A stretch of DNA of 64,000 nt from Takakia lepidozioides (taxonomy: Eukaryota; Plantae; Bryophyta). The position numbers were made by a program, and so were the translations under genes. The stretch covers positions 16,740,001-16,804,000 of the forward strand of contig CM060734.1 of assembly GCA_030704615.1 (NCBI GenBank). Reading direction: 5' to 3'. This document shows positions 57,001-64,000 of the stretch, piece after piece. Each line of letters opens with the position of its first letter. Position 1 is the stretch's first letter. Below the pieces are notes generated by a model that saw only the letters and a program-made list of their open reading frames with translations, made no database searches and had not been told where the DNA came from.

Positions 57001-57511
57001 AGAAGCCACATAGTGCTGCATAGGAAGCTTCGCTGACTCGTGGAAGAGGGGTGTCGAGCTCAAAGTAGTGAGTACATAGTGATGTGAATGGTATGCTTGC
57101 GCGAGTATATCTGTCGCATCGTAGCTCCTTGCTTGATATAAAGGTGGGGGGTGGTAGAGCTTCCATCTGCGTATAGAACCATCGTCACAAGCACAGAGCG
57201 GAGAAGCCGAGCGGTGGCGGCGGTGGAGTGTGGTGCTAGACAGATAGTTAGGGTGAGAATACCCGAGCTGACATAAAAAGTGGAGGGATAGAACGTAAAA
57301 GCCTTCTCCGGACACCTCTTTCCTCACCAGTTGGGGGGGTCGCCACTCCAGGAGGTTGCGAGGCGGTGGTTCAGGGATGTCATACTTGAAACTCTACTGT
57401 TTTTTTAGGGAAAAAATGTGGCTTCATAAGGATTGCAATCATAGATCCAGATATGGGGAACACCAAATGATAATGTTGTATTGATAGAGACAACGACTGA
57501 GAAGCGCAATT

Positions 57512-58038
57512 CAACATTGCTTCAACGCAAGGTTGTTTTCATTCAGAGAGGAAATGGAAAACACTGCCTGAAAACTACCATCTGACTATGTACTGGTGCG
57601 GATATTCAACATTGCGTTGGCGCAATGTTGAAATCCTCTGTTGAAACACATGTCAATGCTATCTGATAATGATAAGTTTCCTACAATTGTATGGAAATCG
57701 GGGGATGGCTGCGGGAAATTTCCAGCAATCCATACCGCCAAACAACCTTGCGTCAACGCAAGTCTGTTTGTTGGTACAGTGAAAGCTGTAAATAGCATTT
57801 CAAACCGACTCCAAACAGTCTTATGTTCATCTTGGCAGCATTGGAACTGGATTTGAACTACCCAAAACCACAGGAAAAGCTACATAGCCTGCCACTTCAT
57901 CAACCTTGCGTTGACGCAAGGCTGATTTTCCTGTCAGTTTATCCCCTTTCACATTCAGAAAACGGCATTATGGGATACCCAGGTATAGGTAAGTGAAACC
58001 AGGACAATGGGAAACAACCTTGCGTTAACGCAATGTTG
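57512..58038. repeat. Five copies of the 24-bp palindrome CAACCTTGCGT-NN-ACGCAAGGTTG (intronic)
   Basis: Copies start at 57512, 57607, 57743, 57901 and 58015. Confidence 0.93.
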
Positions 58039-59985
58039 CTCAACTGCACATGCAGAACCCTCAGAGATCTCGCAAAGCACTGCAAATTCGCAATTCTTTA
58101 TGGAAAGAACGACACAAGATTGCAGAAACATGCCCTTCAAGCACCAATTTTGATTCAAGGAGGTCACACCTGTACAACATTCGCTTCATTGCTTGCTCGC
58201 TGTTGTACTGGTTTTTGAATTCGTAAGACCTGGAGATTCCTTCCTCTTTCTCAAACTCCCTGAAGAAGCAGTTGTTCCAGACAGCGAGCTTCCATCTCCT
58301 GATATAGGCCTCCAGTGTGATCCGGGGGCAAGCCATCTGGATTTTGTAGTCTGCCATCGACTCAGCAAGTGCAACCACTGCACGTTTTTCTAACTGCAAC
58401 AAGAAAGCTCGTAAGAATTTGGGAGAGGTTACGGAGCAACACAAATGTCTGAAAATGGTTTGGTGGAAACCTTACCTGGCTCCAGAATGTGGCTTTGTGT
58501 AGCCACTGGTCGAATGTGTGGTCGCTAACAACTCTTATTGCTTGTGTCTTCGGGTCCCTCTCTGGAGTTGGGAACATGTTCGTGTCTCTCACAAGAGGAT
58601 CCGAATTCCATATCTCCAACACCTGATTTTGGTTGCATTGTCCACCATTGAAATGGAAAGACGATGTAGTTTTCTCTTGAGTCATTTCTGGCTTGGAGCC
58701 ATACTTGTCATAGTGTGCTTTCACCTGCTCCAGAAATTCCGTGCCAAGATCTGGGTCTGCTATCCGGATCTGTTTGTCGAATGCACTCATGAGGTTCTTC
58801 CTTTGATTATTCATCTCGAACTTCATCATGTCCTCAAGCCCAGTTGCAGACCGCTGCTCTTCTGTGTGGGAATCATAGTACTCTGCTTTCGCCTTCAATC
58901 CAGTTTCTGCTATTTTCTTGCTGCATACATTACAGGTAAAAAGAATCAAACACTGGAATTTCTTCACAAAATTTCAGTAACAACAGGCAACAGGTGTCAA
59001 AAGCTTACAGTGTCTATGTAGTCAAGAAAAGCCTCCCTTGTCAAGCTGTACCATGTGCTTGTCTTCTTCTCAGCACACCTCTTCATCTGCTGAGGACTGA
59101 GCACGTTCGTGAATGACTCCAGTGGCATCAGCCCTACCTTCTGGATGCGGAATAGAGTGTGGCACAGATTGGTCGTCACATGAGATGTTTCATTGGACCT
59201 GGAAAAACCTTCAACTCATAAGATGATTTCAAATTGTCGAAACAAGGAACAGACACAAAGTTGGAAACTTACTTGTTTATGTCGTGCATGGCTGTCAAGA
59301 GCTGCGTGACACGTCCTTTGTGATCGAGAACCATGGAAACCACGCTCCAGTGCCATTCGATGTCGTCCGAGTGCAAGCTTGAAATGTAATCCATCCAGGC
59401 AAGCAGTCTGTGGTTCCCATCCCAGACAAAAAACATCTTTCCCATGAATGCTTTTGTGGAGGCCTTTTTGGACAACTTAAACTCGAACTCCCTGTTTACA
59501 TCCCGCCAGCATGCATCCCAACCTTGCTCAATGTCCTCTGTTACAAGACACTCCTCTCCTTTCGTGTTCATAGTGGATACGTAGAACACTGCTGATCCCT
59601 TGACATAGCCGTGAACAAAGTCGTTCTTCAACTTCGTTATATCATTCCTCAATGTCGGTCGAATAGCAGGCATGGAGATCATCCTACAAAGCGGAATGAC
59701 CAGGTTTCCGCCGGGAACCTCCATCGACAGAATCACCTTCGACGAGTTCACTTTTTGCCCACCCATTATCTCCTCGGCCTTGTCTTCATAGTTTCCCTCC
59801 AATGAGTCTTCCTCACCTTCACCTTCTGACGCGGCCAAATCTTCCCCCTCGGATTTTCTTTTTCTTTTCCTCTGCACAAAATGAATTATCTGTGAGTGAC
59901 AGATTGAGCACACATGGATCTGGTTGATTGATGGGGATGTAGTTTAGACTGAAAGGCATACAGGAAAGACTTTTGAAGCAAAAAA

Positions 59986-60426
59986 ATGCTTTGCGTTGAT
60001 GCAGGGTTCTTTTGGGAGCTTCAACTAATCAACTTTCCCTACCTTACAGTTCAGGGTATGAGAGATTGGACGCTTCCATTGAACAAAAAAATCATCAAAA
60101 CCAGCCTTGCGTCAACGCAATGTTGATTCCTGTGCGGCATCTGTTCGTTTCACTAGAAGTTCTAACATACACCATGGAGGTTGGCATCAACCTTGCGTTG
60201 ACGCAAGGTTGATTGCGAGCTCTCGGATCGGTGTTGAACAAACACAAAAGCTACAGGAAAAGGAGATTGTTGTCTCTGCTTCTTCTTCGAACTTGATGAT
60301 GCGTCGCAAGCATCCATGTCTGTCTAGCTTGATTGTAGTGCAGCATCTGCACTGTTTTGATGCCCAATATATACACTTAGGAGGTCGACTTCAACCTTGC
60401 GTTGACGCAAGGTTGATGTCGACCTC
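59986..60426. repeat. Four copies of the same 24-bp palindrome (intronic)
   Basis: Copies start at 59986 (degenerate), 60102, 60188 and 60392. The last extends to 22-bp arms with one mismatch (60381-60426). Confidence 0.93.
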
Positions 60427-61607
60427 AATGCTTAGCAAGAACCAGACAGAATCAGAGAGAGAGAAAGAGAGTTCATAGCCACCTCCGGTTTCTTCTTTGC
60501 ACTTGATGATGCTCCTGACGCATTCAATCTTTCCATGTGGTCTGGAGGTAGCATGCTTCCAAGGAGGTCCCGATGGTGCGAAACAAGGGCAGACGGCATC
60601 GTTTCCGCATCCGTTTGTTCTCCCTGCTCTTTGAAGACCTGTTTCTCTACTCGCAGTGCTTTCTCCCGAGCCCAGCTTGCTTCCTCGTCCTCCCCCCCTT
60701 CTATTGGAGGTTGCTCATCGGTCACCTCCGGGATCACTTGAAGACCTTCCTCTCCACACTGCGGTTGCAGAATCCTGTTTTGCCCTTCGTCTTCCTCTAC
60801 GCCGGATGGTTCTTCTCCCATTCTAAGTTCCCGTCTCGCCTTCCTCATCCTCTCCTTAGCGCGTGCCCTTTGCTTGTTTGATGTGAAATAAAGTGTTCTT
60901 CGACGCTTGCTTCTCCCTCGGAATGGGGTCACCGTCTCTGCAGAATCCAGGGTTGCAAAGACAATAAGGAGAAGAGGGAAAAAAGAGGACTATGGGAGGT
61001 TCATCGCAAGGCCTTCAATGCCAAGATGTTCGCTCGCAACGTTCAGTGCGCCACTGACTCATTCCACATGCATGGCAAACACGTGTCCATCTAATCGTTA
61101 TGAAATATCGGCGGAGATCATTGGATCCTCATCCATCCAAAAATCGTTGGGGTCTAATCACCTCTCATCTGAAAAAGTTCATTATTGGGCAATTTATTCT
61201 GGGATGTTCCAGAGGAATGTCAAGTATGTACAGTTGTACAGCGGTGCAGGTGCCATTAAAATTAAATGGAAATGGGCATCTCTTCTGGCCTCTCTGACAT
61301 GACAACCAAACGGCGGCTCTGTCAGTCAATCTGTCAACGAATGCACTGGCGGGGCACTTGTGAAAAAACAGTTGGATTCTAGGATTAGGGCTGACATTAT
61401 GGACTCCGCATTTGGGCACTCTGTGACCATGCGCTTGGTTCGCATGGGGAGACATTTCACAGAAGTGGAACCCCGCGTTAGGAGATCTGCAAGCCGGAGC
61501 GATACCTGCAATTCTCTGTGAGGACGCCAAAAACTCCGCTCCCACACAATTTGCATTCACAAGCACCGTCGGACTGTGAACTCTACTTTCTGAAGCAACA
61601 TCGACAT

Positions 61608-64000
61608 ATGGCCTCCCAGGCCATGGGCTCCCTTGACGCGGACTTCTTCAGCGAGGACCACCCTGTGCCATTTTCTTACGAGGTGGAAGATGATGGTTTT
61701 GCGCTGGTGCATGAACACGTCCTCGCAACGCAGTTTCGGTTGGAAAATGGAACTCTATTCCTTCAAAGGGAAGTGTACGATGCCAATGGAAAACTGCTCA
61801 AGTATGTGTTCCAGAAACCTTCGCATATTGCACCAGCCACACAATGGAGAGTGCCTCCAGGCAGATACAGGATGCTCAGTGCTCCTCTGAGACAGTCTGC
61901 ATGATCTTTCATAACTCCTGGCACGGCAGCATCACTGGCCCAGGAGAAAACACCCGTGGTTGTCAAGAAGGAGACGAGTACCGTTAACACTGTAGTTGAG
62001 CTTTCGGACTCATCCTCCGATGACACATGTGCAATACCGCCCGTGGATCAGCCATGTCCACATGTAGAAGCAGATGTGGTGGAGATCACCAGTGTCATTA
62101 AACTGAAAGCCATGGGTGGGATGGCAGGATTCAAGAGTGAGTTGAGGGGGATAGACTGGAGCACTTTCAATATTCAGAGGGTGGCATTCTTGCCGGAATC
62201 TTTCGATGGTAATACTGTTTTCGAGCTGCCTCCTCCTGGTCGCGTGGGGGGCATTTCCAGTCTCCTGGAAGGAATGGACAAAAAGCACGATGGGCACCCT
62301 TGGTGCTGCACAAAAACCTCCAATATTCACAACAACTACAACCTCATATTCAGGCGAACAGTCTGTAATGGGCACCTGAAATGCGAGAACATGAAATGCA
62401 GACACTTCGCATTGTCAGGTGTGCAAAACCAAAGCGAATGGGATGGTGTCAGTGAGAATCCATTCAAGCCTGGGGTGACACCACCATACAGTAACACTTT
62501 TGTGTGCAAGTTCTGTAGGGTACCACCTTGCTGCCTTGCTTTGTGTGGCGCCAGAATGTATTATGTGGTGCATCGATTCAAAACCCTGACTAGAGCCTGT
62601 GTCCATTTCGGTTTTCATAACCACCCTGTGTCCAAGGGGGATTATAGGGAGAGCATTGACACAGTCTCGCGTCTGATAAGGCAAGAGTTGGATACCAATC
62701 CAACTGGAACCACATCTCGCAATTGCCATGGGGGCGAGCAAGTCCTTTCTGGAAAGCCATATTCTGTGTGCATCAAATTCGGTTGGAGGAATACTGGAGG
62801 GATCGGCTTTGGACACTGTTATGGACCATTTCTCAACTTTGACTTCTCCAAACATTAGGAATCAGGTGAACGCTTTAAGAATGGGCTCTGGGAGCCGAGG
62901 TTATATGGACAATATTATGGATTTGAAGAAAATGAGCATGTATGACTACATCCAAGACAGCGTTTTTCCGGGACAAGGAGCCAGGAAAGTGTTCTTGTTC
63001 AAAATGTCCACAAAAGGTGAGGGCAGCGGGGTCAGCCTGGTTAAACGTATGCAGAAGGGTGGCGATCTTGGCAACTGCTTCCTTATGTTCGATCATGTCA
63101 AGAGGGTTAAAGACTGGACCACAATGGCATGTCATGTTTACGACCCTGTGTACCAGCGGGTCATGACAATTGCAGTGTGTGACATGCAGTCAGAGGACAC
63201 AGATTCACAACAGCTCATGTGGGAAGCTCTCATTCGAGTTATGGCCTCCAATGGTCTCCCATCTCCCAATTTCGTTGGTTTCATGGCCGATAGTGCTCAA
63301 GCTAACTTCAACGCTGTCCGCATTGTGTTCGGGACGGGAGACCCAAAAGTGCCAATGCCTGGAAGAGAACGTACATGTCTTTTCCATTGGACACAATCCC
63401 TGGACAAACACACAAAGACATACATCAAGCCAGATATGCAGACTATGCATCGCCAACTGTGCAACCAATACAAAGACGCCAAAACTATAGGGGGAGCGAA
63501 TACATTGTTCCAGACAATTCGTGCCTGGTGGTACTCATCTGGAGCGGCATCGGAGGACAGCATGAGGGCACTGCAAGACTGGTTCGCATTTTGGCACTTC
63601 CGTTACCGACAGTGGGGAGCGGCCATGACAACGGTGAGTGGTTTGTATTCACCTTCGTTTGGGTGCTTCGGATATATCTTTCAGGGTCCAATCCTAATAT
63701 CGGCTTTCTGTTTTTTTGCCTTGCAGCATATGTCCATTGAGGAGATGGCGGACATGCTTTCTTGCAATCTTGCAGAGACAGTGCACAATGCCTGGTTGCA
63801 GCAATCCGGCAAAAAAGGGAGAGATTTGTATGCGGCGACGGCCGATGACCTCATTCGTGCTCTGCAACAGCAAACCAGATATAGGTCATTCTTGAGGGGT
63901 GGCCTTGGTGGCAAAGGTCCGGACAAGAGCGAGTTGATGTTGCGGGCAGCTGGAAGATCAGGGGATCCCAGCAAAATAGCGCGGGCAGTGAGCATATGTG
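61608..64000 (+). pseudogene. Mutator-like DDE transposase with GCM/WRKY-like Zn domain (partial, one stop and one frameshift)
   Basis: ATG at 61608, in-frame TGA at 61902, Zn domain CNGHLKCENMKC...CKFC......C.AR...HFGFHNHP, frameshift at ~62716. The frame is then open to the window end, which is probably why the ORF track omits it: MFDH (D 63091), FMADS (D 63289), CLFH (63376), a 93-nt intron (63634-63726), NLAETVHN (E 63775). Confidence 0.9.

Larger units (their letters stand above)
54901..60937 (-). pseudogene. Multi-exon gene: ParB/Sulfiredoxin-like domain plus C-terminal amino-methyltransferase-like segment
   Basis: GT-AG exons ~60483-60937, 59273-59871, 59009-59198, 58476-58920, 58170-58393, 55368-55945, 54901-55239. 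Junctions 1-2, 2-3, 4-5 and 5-6 are phase-compatible; frameshifts and a stop occur elsewhere. Exon 2: VIPLCRM....IRPTLRNDITKLKNDFVHGY...FFVWDGNHRLLAW (DGNHR at 59407-59421). Last clear exon: TDLVVLDIPDG...WN....YWQWAFSFSNKFLSDSGALLLM. Confidence 0.75.
54027..64000 (+). mobile_element. Mutator-like element copy 2 (transposase plus divergent accessory gene), runs off the window
   Basis: Putative left end GGGGCTGCCGACGGGGG with GTGAGCC subterminal repeats; head-to-head accessory gene and transposase. Right TIR and TSD are outside the window. Confidence 0.65.

Noticed and set aside
57512-60426. Palindromic repeats with unique spacers as a CRISPR array
   Set aside because: Spacers are long and irregular (~60-180 bp), the repeats lie in spliceosomal introns, and no cas-like ORF is present.
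54901-60937. Bacterial/phage contamination or a recent prokaryotic insertion (ParB-MTase)
   Set aside because: The gene has several phase-compatible GT-AG introns and a basic NLS-like stretch (RKRKRK), and it is embedded among plant transposons.

Overview
Eukaryotic plant nuclear DNA, by inference from a non-seed land plant (lycophyte, fern or bryophyte). The only intact host gene is a 15-exon ADP-glucose pyrophosphorylase large subunit on the minus strand (5784-12598, 538 aa by my manual splicing). The rest is a deeply nested set of mostly decayed transposons: a Penelope-like retroelement, a Copia gag/LTR remnant, a tRNA-derived SINE, several L1-type LINE fragments, a TIR element, a CACTA element, a large non-chromovirus Ty3/Gypsy complex with an extra sense ORF, and two diverged copies of one Mutator-like (GCM-like Zn / DDE / SWIM) family. 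The most interesting signal is in the Mutator-like elements. The copy at about 54-64 kb carries a divergently transcribed, spliced accessory gene with a ParB/Sulfiredoxin-like domain (DGNHR) and a partial amino-methyltransferase-like domain. Two introns of that gene hold nine copies of a 24-bp palindrome, while the other copy (25-28 kb) holds eleven copies of a different 20-bp palindrome in its non-coding DNA. This looks like a ParB/parS-like or VANC-like element-specific recognition system inside a plant DNA transposon. All domain calls come from motif recognition by eye; no database searches were run.
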